This document shows, piece after piece, positions 29,449 through 38,349 of a stretch of DNA of 64,000 nucleotides (positions within the stretch are counted from its first letter, which is position 1; each line of letters opens with the position of its first letter). The DNA is taken from assembly GCA_026129095.1 (NCBI GenBank), contig JAHCIT010000005.1, positions 1 through 64,000 on the forward strand, read 5' to 3'. The stretch is from Deltaproteobacteria bacterium (GTDB lineage: Bacteria; JAGRBM01; JAHCIT01). Under the pieces are notes generated by a model that saw only the letters and a program-made list of their open reading frames with translations, had not been told where the DNA came from and searched no databases. Position numbers and translations under genes: made by a program.

Positions 29449-29892
29449 TCACGAGGATGACAGGCGAGACGATGCATTCGCCGTGATCCACCAAGAAAGA
29501 AATGATGCACCAATCATCCCTGCTGTCCATATCAATACGACAAAAATCAAATTGTCTCGAACTGTTATTTTTGGATCAGATAATCGTGATATTTCTGGAT
29601 TAGACTTCATGAAGATTAGATGTATATGGCCCCCGACTTCGCATTTTTCTTCCGGCCGAACGTAGCTATTATATACACACGATGTTGAGTATATTTGACT
29701 ATTCACTTCATATTCTATTACTCCAACACGAACTCCATTCCGGTCACTTACAGAAACAACAGCCGCTTTTATTGTATCCCCACTACGATACAATTCGAGT
29801 TCTTCGAGAGTACTCCAGATCACGCCAATACTGACTATTGCAAGAAATGCGGAAAATATGTAAAATATGCGTCTTCTGACTTTATTTTCCAT
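29449..29892 (-). CDS. Two-TM membrane protein (DUF3592-like), candidate Rhs immunity protein
   Basis: N- and C-terminal hydrophobic helices; AT-rich DNA; start overlaps the stop of the upstream toxin-tip-like ORF. Confidence 0.6.
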   Translation of the reverse strand: MENKVRRRIFYIFSAFLAIVSIGVIWSTLEELELYRSGDTIKAAVVSVSDRNGVRVGVIEYEVNSQIYSTSCVYNSYVRPEEKCEVGGHIHLIFMKSNPEISRLSDPKITVRDNLIFVVLIWTAGMIGASFLSWWITANASSRLSSS

Positions 29893-30241
29893 GGCAGTTA
29901 TTCAGTCCCCTTGATATCACTTCAGTATTAGTGACCGACCCGCCCTGATAGGCCGCAACACCGGCGCCGGGACTAAGAGCAATGCTATGGATGGTTTTGC
30001 CTTCACTATTCTTACCCCATGACCAAGTAGCTGAGCTCTTGCCGATAAGTCCGAGATCCAGAGTTAGGGTTTTCGACAAACCTTGGAGATCAGATTCTTT
30101 GTTGGCAGTGGTAAGGATAAGACCCACCGAAACACCAATTCGACCACCCAAACCATACCCAGCATTTGCTCCACCTTCATCTTCGGGAATACTCACCCCT
30201 GAACGGACAAGACCTTTTGCAGCTCCATAGGTTATGAACCC
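29882..30241 (-). pseudogene. Putative Rhs C-terminal tip truncated by IS3
   Basis: Gly-rich GYGLGGRIGVSVG..DLQG..; position upstream of the membrane ORF and the Rhs core remnant; 5' end cut at the IS boundary. Confidence 0.5.
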
Positions 30242-31519
30242 TGACCTGCCCCCGCAAATTTGAGCCAAACCGAGTGAGAGTCCAAACTGCCCTTTGAGGG
30301 CTGGAGACTCCCCGATGAAAAGCAGAAAGAGGCACGCGCCGGAGGCGATCGTAAAGAAACTCCGGGAGGTGGACGCAGAGCTGGCCGCCGGTACGCCGAT
30401 GGGCCAGGTGTGCCAGAAGCTCGAAGTGAGCGAGCAGACCTACTACCGCTGGAAGCGGAAATACGGCGGCCTGAGCATGGACGAGGCGAAGCGGCTCAAG
30501 GCACTCGAAGAAGAGAACGGACGGCTGAAGAAGCTCGTGGCGGATCTCTCCCTCGACAAGGAAATGCTGAAGGAACTCGTCAAGGGAAACTTCTAAGCCC
30601 CGAACGCCGACGCAGGGCCGTCAGAAAGCTCCGGGACCGGTACCCGGTCTCGGACCGACGGATCTGCCGGCTGGTGAAGCAGCCCAGATCGACTCAGGTG
30701 TATGTGCCAAGGGTGAAGGACGAGAACCAGCAGATCGTCGAACGGATGCTGGAACTGGTCAGGGTTTACCCAAGGTACGGATACCGGAGAATCTGCGCGA
30801 AGCTCCGCCAGGAAGAGTGGCAGGTGAGCGAGAAGCGCGTTCACCGGCTCTGGAAGCGTGAGGGGCTGAAAGTGCCCAGAAAGCCACGAAAACGGCGCAG
30901 GCTGGGCCTGAGCGCAAACAGCATCGTCTGCTACCGGGCCGAGCACAAGGACCATGTCTGGACGTGGGATTTCGTCCATGACCGGACGGAAGAGGGCCGT
31001 ACCCTCAAGTGGCTCACCCTCGTGGATGAGTTCACGCGGGAGTGTCTGGCCTTAAAGGTCGAACGGAAACTGAAGTCGGAAGACGTGATCGAGGTGCTGG
31101 AAGAACTGATCGCCACGCGGGAACTCCCGAGGTTTATCCGCAGCGACAACGGATCGGAGTTTATCGCCAAGGCGCTGAAGAACTGGCTGGCCGAGGCCCA
31201 TGTCGGCACGCTCTATATCGCGGCCGCTTCACCGTGGGAAAACGGCTACGCCGAGAGCTTTAACGGCAAGCTCCGGGACGAGCTTCTGGAGTGTGAACTG
31301 TTCTACAGCCTCGACGAGGCAAAATTCCTGGGACAGGAATGGAAGGATGAGTATAATAACGAACGACCGTACAGCAGTCTGGACTACCTGACGCCTGCGG
31401 AGTTCGCCCAGTGCTTGGTAGATTCGGCTTCCGGGGCTTCGCCCCTCCAGCCGATTCTACCGGGTCAGATGTACAACCCGACTAACACTCGGAGTGGCCC
31501 GGAAATGTAGGGCTGGTCA
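30242..31519 (+). mobile_element. IS3-family element (IS407-like group), apparently intact, 1278 bp
   Basis: Ends TGACCTGCCCC ... GGGCTGGTCA; orfA/orfB in -1 overlap; no TSD. Confidence 0.93.
30315..31510 (+). CDS. IS3 transposase OrfAB via programmed -1 frameshift
   Basis: orfA 30315-30596 (EQTYYRWKRKYGG); slippery G-GGA-AAC at 30584-30590; orfB WTWDF, VDEFTRE, SDNGSEF, ESFNGKLRDE. Confidence 0.92.
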
Positions 31520-31682
31520 CGTCCATCCCAAGATCGTCCAGGAGCGTCTGGGACACTCCCAGATCTCGGTCACGCTCGATACCTACAGCCATGTTCTCCC
31601 CGGCATGCAGCGCGACGCCGCCGACAGGCTGGATGCGCTGCTAAACCCCTCGTCTGGCCCGTCAGCCCCCATGAAACGCTAG
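31520..31682 (+). pseudogene. Tyrosine integrase C-terminal fragment
   Basis: VHPKIVQERLGHSQISVTLDTYSHVLPGMQ, homologous to the C-terminus of the integrase at 18643. Confidence 0.9.
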
Positions 31683-33169
31683 ATATCCCGGGGGTCAAAA
31701 GGCGGAAAATCAGCCCAGGGGTGCGACGAGCCGCTGAAGACGGACGACGACTCCAGCCGGTAGTCCTCAGACTTTACTTCATAGGTCCCCCGCTCCCGCG
31801 CCCCCTCCCTCGCTATCCAGCAGGCCATGAGCCGGTCCCCGGTATGGGAGTCGGGATGGTAGAGGAGGCAGTCGCTGATCCAGTTCTGGATCTCCGGCGA
31901 CGAGTCGGGACCCGGTATCTCCCACAGCCCCTGCTCAAACTCGGCGAAAACCGACTCCACGCCATAGGCCTCGTGGTGCTTGTTGAGGCCCGTCTGGTGG
32001 GCCTCGACCGGAAGCCCCGGGTTTCTCTCCACAAGCGCCTGGCGAAGATAGTCCTGCGCGCCGTTGCTTTCGAGAAAGACGACCGAACTCCACCTCGCCT
32101 GCACGGCGATGATCCGCTCCAGGATCATGGGGAGCGCCCACTGGCCGCTCTCGATGCCCATGACCCGGCGGATATTCGTGGCCCGGTTGACCGCGATCGT
32201 GAAGATGGCCGTGAGATCATGGCTCTTCCCCCGCCCCACGGCCGGATCGACTCCGGTAAAGAGCGCCCATTCCTCCGGATGCACCGGCTCGCCGGGCTTC
32301 AGGTCACTCCGGATGCACCGGTTTACCCAGGCCTCCTTGCAGCGGGCCGCCTCGTCCGACCGGGGTTCGTTCAGGAACTGACGCGCAAAGGCCAGCGGGC
32401 CCAGTTCATCGCGCCTTTTCTGTATACGCTGCTCCGTCCACCCAAACGGTACATCCGGCTTTCCCCGTGGCTTTGGCCACAGGATCCTGCCATCCGAGAC
32501 CGCCCGGTCCAGGTGGTGATAAAACCCCGGCCGGCGTGCCAGTTCGAACATCGCATCCCCGGGGTGCCAGGCCGTGCCGATGGCGATCAGCCTGCCGCCG
32601 TCCACGAGACGGCCCAGCACCTCGCTCTCGATCCACGCCAGCACCTTCCGCCTCGAACTTTCCGTAAAGGTGTTTTCGAACCCCAGGACGTCGTCCAGGA
32701 TGACGAGATCGAGGCGGCTCCCGTTAATCGGCCCGAAGGCCCCCGTCACCTGGACCGTCCGGTCCTTGTGAAACGCCGTCCTCCTGAGGCTGATCGCCCC
32801 CTGCCCCCACGGCGTCCCCGGCCGGACATGGGGAAAGACCTCCCGGTAACGGGGGTTCTCAATGACATGCCGCGAGATCGTCTGCAGGAACTTCTCGGCC
32901 TGCGGATTGCTCGTGGCCGAAATGATGGCGATGCGTGTGTTGGGATCGCGGCCCATGAGCCACAGGGGCCTCAGGATGCTCATCTGCTCGGACTTGCCGT
33001 GCTCGACCGGCGCATGGAGGATGAGCCGGTCGTGACGGCCAGCCAGTTCATGCCAGTGCCGGTGGAAGGGTTCGTTCCGGTAGCCGCCCACGTAGGCGGC
33101 GAAGAAGTTGATGTCCCGGCGGGACATCAGCCGGAAATAGTCCAGACGGTCCTTACTGCTGGTCTTCAA
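31679..33169 (-). CDS. terL: Phage terminase large subunit
   Basis: Walker A APVEHGKS, Walker B LVILDD, FARQF.NEP, nuclease GVDPA..DLTA..ESNG.Q..DRLMA. Confidence 0.88.
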   Translation of the reverse strand: MKTSSKDRLDYFRLMSRRDINFFAAYVGGYRNEPFHRHWHELAGRHDRLILHAPVEHGKSEQMSILRPLWLMGRDPNTRIAIISATSNPQAEKFLQTISRHVIENPRYREVFPHVRPGTPWGQGAISLRRTAFHKDRTVQVTGAFGPINGSRLDLVILDDVLGFENTFTESSRRKVLAWIESEVLGRLVDGGRLIAIGTAWHPGDAMFELARRPGFYHHLDRAVSDGRILWPKPRGKPDVPFGWTEQRIQKRRDELGPLAFARQFLNEPRSDEAARCKEAWVNRCIRSDLKPGEPVHPEEWALFTGVDPAVGRGKSHDLTAIFTIAVNRATNIRRVMGIESGQWALPMILERIIAVQARWSSVVFLESNGAQDYLRQALVERNPGLPVEAHQTGLNKHHEAYGVESVFAEFEQGLWEIPGPDSSPEIQNWISDCLLYHPDSHTGDRLMACWIAREGARERGTYEVKSEDYRLESSSVFSGSSHPWADFPPFDPRDI

Positions 33170-33569
33170 TGAGCGCCTCCAGCCGTTTCAGCAGATCCTC
33201 TTCCTCATCCGGCCGCATCTGGTACTCCATCCGCTGCGTCGGCTCCCCCTCCATCAGGAGGCACTTGTCGGTGACGATTCCATAAGCGACCGGGAGCCGC
33301 TCCGGGGGGATCATTCCCTCCATGACCGCCTGCAGGAGCCGGATGGCGGCGGCCGCCTGCAGGCGGTTGGCCATCTGGAGCCGCTCGGCCCGCTTGTGGC
33401 GCCGGTAGGTTTCAAACTCCTCGCTCCCGGACCAGCTCTTGTGCCACTCGACCGTTGTCGTTTCCGGCAACCTGAGCTTCCGGGCCACCTCGGCGTTCGT
33501 CAAGTCCCCGGCGAACAGCCGGTAGGCCTCGTCCCGGAGCTTTGGATCGTGTTTCTTACCCCTTGGCAC
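33153..33569 (-). CDS. Putative terminase small subunit (N-terminal HTH)
   Basis: GTG start; EAYRLF..TNAEVARKLRLPETTTVEW; GIVTDK..L.GEPT; overlaps the terL start. Confidence 0.7.
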   Translation of the reverse strand: MPRGKKHDPKLRDEAYRLFAGDLTNAEVARKLRLPETTTVEWHKSWSGSEEFETYRRHKRAERLQMANRLQAAAAIRLLQAVMEGMIPPERLPVAYGIVTDKCLLMEGEPTQRMEYQMRPDEEEDLLKRLEALIEDQQ

Positions 33570-34809
33570 GGCGCGCCTTCTTTCCGGCAAAGGTCTCAAA
33601 TCTCTGGACGATGACGTCGCAGTAAACCGGGCTGATCTCGAGGCCATGGCACCGGCGGCCCAGTTCCTCGGCCGCGATGAACTGCGAGCCGCTCCCGGCA
33701 AAGGGCTCGTAGCAGAGCTCGCCCGGTTTGGTGTGCTGGCGGATGGGCAGGCGAAACAGTTCCACCGGCTTTGACGTCGGATGACTGGTCGGCGTGCCCG
33801 GTGCGACCGTCGGAACCTGCCAGACGGTGCTTGAAAAGCCCTCCACGATCCGCTCAGGCCGGTGGGGCCTTTGCCACCCGAACAGGCACGGCTCGTGCTG
33901 CCACAGGTACCACGACCGGGTGAGCACTGGCCGGTCCTTCATCCAGATGATCTGCTGGTGGACAAAGGCATTGTTGTCATTCCATACCTTCTCAAGCATC
34001 GCCTGGCGGCGGCTCGCGTGCCAGCAGTACCAGGCCGCCCCGGGGAGCACGGCCTCCTTTACTGCCACCCGGTAGAAGTCCTCGTAGAGCTTTATCCCCT
34101 GGGCCGACTCGTCCCATGTAAGCCCATAGCTGCCGGACCAGTCCTTGTTCCGTTTTTTCCCCTCATTCCACCGGTGCGGATGGTTCGTCCCGTCGTAGTC
34201 GACCAGATACGGCGGATCGGTCGCAAACAGTTTTGCCTTCTCGCCCTGCATCACCCGGACAACGTCGGCCTCCTTTGTCGAATCTCCGCACAGGAGCCGG
34301 TGATTGCCCAGAATCCACAGGTCACCCGGCCGTGTGACCGGCCGTTTCGGGGGCTCAGGGACCGCTTCCGGGTCGCCCTGCTGGGTCTGGACATATGGCC
34401 TCCCAAGGCGGTCCAGAAGGCCATTCAGGGCGTCCCGGTCGTAGCCCGTGCCGTGAAGGCTGCCCGATGTCTTTTCGACCGACTCCAGCAGCGCCGCCAG
34501 CGCCTCCGTGTCATACCCCGCCACGTCGTTCGTCCGGTTATCGGCCAGCAGTATCCGCCGCGCCTCCTCGTCGGTGCAGTCGACCCAGATCACCGGTATC
34601 TCCCGCGCCCGCATCCGCCGGGCCGCCTCCAGCCGGTGGTTCCCGGCCAGCACGTGCCCCGTCGACCGCTGGGCCACGACCGCCCCGTAGAAGCCATTCT
34701 GTTCAATCGACTCGCTGATCGCCCGCAAATCCCCCCGGCGGGGGTTTTCGGGGTGGGGCTTCAGTTTCGACAGCAGTTCCATCCCCTGCCCGGCATTCCG
34801 GATCTCCAT
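33556..34809 (-). CDS. ParB-like N-terminal domain fused to an N4/N6 DNA methyltransferase
   Basis: LKPHPENPR..AGNHRLEAA..LADNR; HRLLCGDST, TDPPY, HPTSKP, EPFAGSGS; RBS GAGGAG. Confidence 0.92.
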   Translation of the reverse strand: MEIRNAGQGMELLSKLKPHPENPRRGDLRAISESIEQNGFYGAVVAQRSTGHVLAGNHRLEAARRMRAREIPVIWVDCTDEEARRILLADNRTNDVAGYDTEALAALLESVEKTSGSLHGTGYDRDALNGLLDRLGRPYVQTQQGDPEAVPEPPKRPVTRPGDLWILGNHRLLCGDSTKEADVVRVMQGEKAKLFATDPPYLVDYDGTNHPHRWNEGKKRNKDWSGSYGLTWDESAQGIKLYEDFYRVAVKEAVLPGAAWYCWHASRRQAMLEKVWNDNNAFVHQQIIWMKDRPVLTRSWYLWQHEPCLFGWQRPHRPERIVEGFSSTVWQVPTVAPGTPTSHPTSKPVELFRLPIRQHTKPGELCYEPFAGSGSQFIAAEELGRRCHGLEISPVYCDVIVQRFETFAGKKARRAKG

Positions 34810-34904
34810 AAATCGCTCCTCATCGGCTACAGTCCCCACCCGTAGGGCAATATTAGGTGGTCCGCCGGGGGCAGCGGGGACTTGGGAAGAAACCGGAGAT
34901 TCCA

Positions 34905-35339
34905 ATGGGACACGAACGCGATCCGATGACCGGACTCACCATCTGGGGGCAATCGAAGCACTTCAATCGGAACTATCTGAACGGAGACGATACCTTCAAC
35001 ACCGCCCCTTATTCCGATTGCGACATCTTCTGCACAGCTTCGATCGCCGCTGAGTTCGGCATGAACCCCGATTATTCCCGGAAGGTGATCATTCGCCAGT
35101 ACTGGGAAATGTTTGGCTTCCGGCGGGTCAGGGGTGATTCCGGCGAGAGCATTTTCATGACCCACACCCAGTCGGCCGCCGCGGCGGCAAACTCCTGGCA
35201 CACAGCGCGGCTCCTCCGCCGCCGGGAACGGGTACCGGGGTGGACGGGCGTCTCGTCCGCCTCTGCACCCGCGTATCTTCCATCCGGCTATTTCCCGTCC
35301 AGCTACAACGCCACGGCAGTTTCCTCACTGGGGGGTTAG
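34905..35339 (+). CDS. Hypothetical protein or gene fragment
   Basis: ATG with upstream GGAG; no recognised motif. Confidence 0.35.
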   Translation: MGHERDPMTGLTIWGQSKHFNRNYLNGDDTFNTAPYSDCDIFCTASIAAEFGMNPDYSRKVIIRQYWEMFGFRRVRGDSGESIFMTHTQSAAAAANSWHTARLLRRRERVPGWTGVSSASAPAYLPSGYFPSSYNATAVSSLGG

Positions 35340-35451
35340 GGGCGATAAAACGGACGGAGGTGCGGGTTTCTGCTGTCTACAGCAAGACCGCGAGTCAGTT
35401 GCAACCCGCGCCCATCAACAGAATAATGTGACGAAACAGTCTGGCCGCAGA

Positions 35452-35811
35452 TCAGGCCAGTTGCAGGAAGTTGGCAGGCGCGAATATGCCGTGCCGGCGG
35501 AGCGGCTCTGGCGACTCACGCTCGCACAGCGCCTTCACGCTTTTCAGCCGCTCGGCGGCCGCGAGCGCGAAAAATGGCGTACCCAGTACGCCTTCATTCT
35601 TCGTCCATTCAGGAGCATTGGTCCGGCCACGTTCGGCCAGAAGCTCCGCCAGTGCGGCAGCGACAATCCGCACCTGACGGTTGCCAGATTCCGGTGGTGC
35701 AAACGACACCCTTGGATCGCGCAGCCGGGTCCATTCGAGCGTCAGTTCCCTGAGCCGCAGGGCGTCCCGTGCGATCAGCGCTTCCGCCATCTGTTCCAGC
35801 AAGGGTTTCAC
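35452..35811 (-). CDS. Hypothetical partner of the nucleotidyltransferase (candidate antitoxin)
   Basis: GTGA-coupled to the upstream gene; AAALAELLA..PEW..ESPEPLRRHGIF. Confidence 0.65.
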   Translation of the reverse strand: MKPLLEQMAEALIARDALRLRELTLEWTRLRDPRVSFAPPESGNRQVRIVAAALAELLAERGRTNAPEWTKNEGVLGTPFFALAAAERLKSVKALCERESPEPLRRHGIFAPANFLQLA

Positions 35812-36335
35812 AACGTCTCCCAGAGGTCTTCCAGCGCGTATTTTGCCTTCAGTTCGGCTCCCGGTTCAAGGTACGGCAGCATCGCGCTCCAGGCAGCTTC
35901 GCGGCTCATCCCGGCATCCCTGAGCTTGCGGACCAGAAGCTCGGCGTCCGAGATGTCCAGATCATCCCGCCATGCCGACAGTTTCATGGCCGCCAGCTGG
36001 ACAACCGACGGCATCGCCACCTCAATCCCCGGAGCCCTTAATATGACCGTTTCCTGTACCGGCGGCCGGACGTACGCCTTTGCCGCATCATTCAGCCAGC
36101 CATCGGGCAGGCCGAGGTTCGATCCCACTCCGGCAACGAGTCTCCGGATATGCGACGAATCGGCTGGTTCGAGAAAAACCGAGTCGATATCGTACGTGCT
36201 TTCCCGGCTGCCGAATCCCAAAGTCATGGCTGCTCCACCAACAACCAGCAGCCGTATATGCGTTCCATCTGCAAGAGCGGCCTGGCCCAGTTCACGGAGG
36301 GCATTCTCGATTTCGGCTTTTGACAGGCGGGACAC
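35808..36335 (-). CDS. DUF6036/AbiEii-like nucleotidyltransferase
   Basis: LVVGGAAM..R.T.DID..WLND..LAAMKL.A.R..D..D; RBS GGAGG. Confidence 0.82.
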   Translation of the reverse strand: MSRLSKAEIENALRELGQAALADGTHIRLLVVGGAAMTLGFGSRESTYDIDSVFLEPADSSHIRRLVAGVGSNLGLPDGWLNDAAKAYVRPPVQETVILRAPGIEVAMPSVVQLAAMKLSAWRDDLDISDAELLVRKLRDAGMSREAAWSAMLPYLEPGAELKAKYALEDLWETL

Positions 36336-36484
36336 GCCGTGGACCTCCGCAGGATTCCCTGCCGCCAGATCTTAACCGATTTTCCGCCATACCAGTGGTC
36401 CCACCGGCAAAGACCACCCCAGCAATCTCGCTGGAAATCACCCTCCACCCAGCCTTCGGGAAAAGCCGCACCTGGTTGAGGGAC

Positions 36485-36788
36485 CCCCGCCTTATATCAG
36501 CCTTACGTACCAGCGGGCGCACATGACTTTGCTTTTTTGTCCGGAAACCTACGAACTTCTACGAACCTTGAGAGTTACTGGTATTTCTTGCCGCAATTCG
36601 CAGAAAACCAGTGCCGGACTCTTAATCAGCGGGTCGCCGGTTCGAGCCCGGCATCTCCCACCACACCTTTCCCCGGCAACTAAACCCCTGGTATCCCTGT
36701 CAGATTGCAGGAATGGGTCCATTACGGCCGGTTCCGGCTGAAACCGCCCGAATTGCTGGAAACCAGGAGCGGATGACTTTGGGACAGC
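36485..36788 (+). repeat. att-like repeat copy 1 with tRNA-Lys(CTT) 3' half (36617-36663)
   Basis: gactcttaatcagcgggtcgccggttcgagcccggcatctcccacca; ctacgaac tandem repeat upstream. Confidence 0.92.
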
Positions 36789-36849
36789 ATTTTCGCTGGC
36801 CATCGGGGCTGGTTTTGGGGTGAGCTCACAAGGCCGGTTTCTTTTCAGT

Positions 36850-37146
36850 TTACGACGGACCGGGAAGACGGGTACGGGTCAGCTCTGCGTTGCGGATATC
36901 GGCTATGTATTCCGACCGCTCCATCGGCGGTTCTCCTAGTATTCGCCGCTTCTCGTTTTCCTTTTCTTCAAGCGCCAAGAGATCAGGCGTCATATTTTCA
37001 TCTCTTGATGGCTCCAGAGACTCGAAGGTCAGCGACACGCACGCATACACCTGGCTCTCATAGATATCCGCCTTGCACCCATCGCACTCCAGGACGATCG
37101 GTTTGAGGGACAGGCTCTTCAAAAGACGCGGGTTCAAGCGCACCAT
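36850..37146 (-). CDS. Hypothetical protein (CxxC), possibly truncated
   Basis: Overlaps the ArdC-like stop; RBS GGAGG; CDGC. Confidence 0.45.
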   Translation of the reverse strand: MVRLNPRLLKSLSLKPIVLECDGCKADIYESQVYACVSLTFESLEPSRDENMTPDLLALEEKENEKRRILGEPPMERSEYIADIRNAELTRTRLPGPS

Positions 37147-38195
37147 GTGTATTCCTCCGGTTTGGGGTTTTCGGTGATATGTCCTGTGACAAGGGGTTTC
37201 GGTTTCGGCGGCCGCTTCCGCTCGGCGGCGCGGAGGATCTTCTGGGCGGCGCGCTGGATGCGGTTCATGGACTGCTCCAGATCCTCCACTCCGCCCTGGA
37301 GCCAGTTCCGGTCCTCCCAGTAGGCGATATAGGTCGGGGCCCGGGTCGGCAGCCCGAGGGCCCGGGCCACGATATAAGCGACCGACTCCGCCTCCATCTC
37401 GTAACGGGCCTTCAGAAGTATCCTGATGACCTGATAGGCCACGTCACTGGTGTCGCCGCCGCATTTCTTCAGCAACTCCTCGTTCTGAGGGGCGTGCAGA
37501 ATTTCGTGCGCCAGCTCATGGATCAGCACCAGCGACCTGCGCAGGGAGGAGAGCGTCAGGTCCACTTCGACCCGCCCGCCCCACGAACGGCCTGAATAGT
37601 TCCCGCCCGGCTCCTTTTTGGGCTCAACCGCGATACCCAGATGGGCCGCGCCGTTGAGCAGCCGGTCCCACCACGGGGTTTCCCCCTCCACCGACCAGCT
37701 GATCGTCGGCAGCGGCTCCCCCTCGGTCTGGGAAATATCGTAGACGCGGCCCAGGCGGAAACTGACCGCACAAACTACCCGGATCGGGAATTCACCCGGT
37801 TTCACCCTGCGGCGGTAACTTTTCCAGACCCGTTCACTGGCTACCCGGGTCGCTTCCGGGAATTGCTCGTAGATCCAGAGGATATTGCTGAAGGAATACC
37901 GGTTAAAGGCGGCGCACGTTTCCAGCCAGATCAGCCACTCATCCGAAAGCCGCGCCGCGTCGGTCTCCTGCGCCAGGTCCTGAACCCACTGGTGAGCCTT
38001 TTCGCGGACCCGCTGCCGGGCCTGCCGGATCTCGAATCCGGCCTCGGGCACCGCTTCCGTCGTGGCCGATGAGCCCGCCAGAAGCACATCCCGTCTAGCT
38101 TCGCGCTCGGCCCGTAGCCTCTGCCCCCATGCCTTCCGCGTGGCCCGCATCTCTTTCCGCCCGTAATTCGATCCGATATTCCGTCTGATCGCCAT
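37134..38195 (-). CDS. ArdC-like ssDNA-binding antirestriction protein with zincin-like domain
   Basis: FNRYSFSNILWI..Q.PEATRVA...W...R.VKPGE; YDISQTEG; LIHELAH..E.EAESVAYIV; RBS GGAGG. Confidence 0.85.
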   Translation of the reverse strand: MAIRRNIGSNYGRKEMRATRKAWGQRLRAEREARRDVLLAGSSATTEAVPEAGFEIRQARQRVREKAHQWVQDLAQETDAARLSDEWLIWLETCAAFNRYSFSNILWIYEQFPEATRVASERVWKSYRRRVKPGEFPIRVVCAVSFRLGRVYDISQTEGEPLPTISWSVEGETPWWDRLLNGAAHLGIAVEPKKEPGGNYSGRSWGGRVEVDLTLSSLRRSLVLIHELAHEILHAPQNEELLKKCGGDTSDVAYQVIRILLKARYEMEAESVAYIVARALGLPTRAPTYIAYWEDRNWLQGGVEDLEQSMNRIQRAAQKILRAAERKRPPKPKPLVTGHITENPKPEEYTWCA

Positions 38196-38234
38196 AACCG
38201 CACCTCCATTGATATAGTCATTATAAGGGATGCC

Positions 38235-38253
38235 TGTGACAGGTAGTGTCACA
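38235..38253. promoter_or_regulatory. Perfect palindrome TGTGACA-N5-TGTCACA upstream of the ardC-like gene
   Basis: tgtgaca ggtag tgtcaca, 40 bp upstream of the start. Confidence 0.6.
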
Positions 38254-38349
38254 AATCTGGATGGGTTCTAAGGGCCATTTGGAGGGGTTATAATGATAAC
38301 GGGACCGGCGACATGATTTGTCATTCGGGGCCGCTACACTGGCGGCCTG

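Noticed and set aside
31721-33172. 483-aa plus-strand ORF
   Set aside because: Antisense shadow of terL in GC-rich DNA; no motifs.
33862-34845. 327-aa plus-strand ORF
   Set aside because: Antisense to the ParB-methyltransferase.
35428-36375. 315-aa plus-strand ORF
   Set aside because: Antisense to the NTase pair, which carries clear motifs and translational coupling.
18081-36400. A complete prophage
   Set aside because: No portal, capsid, tail, lysis or replication genes.
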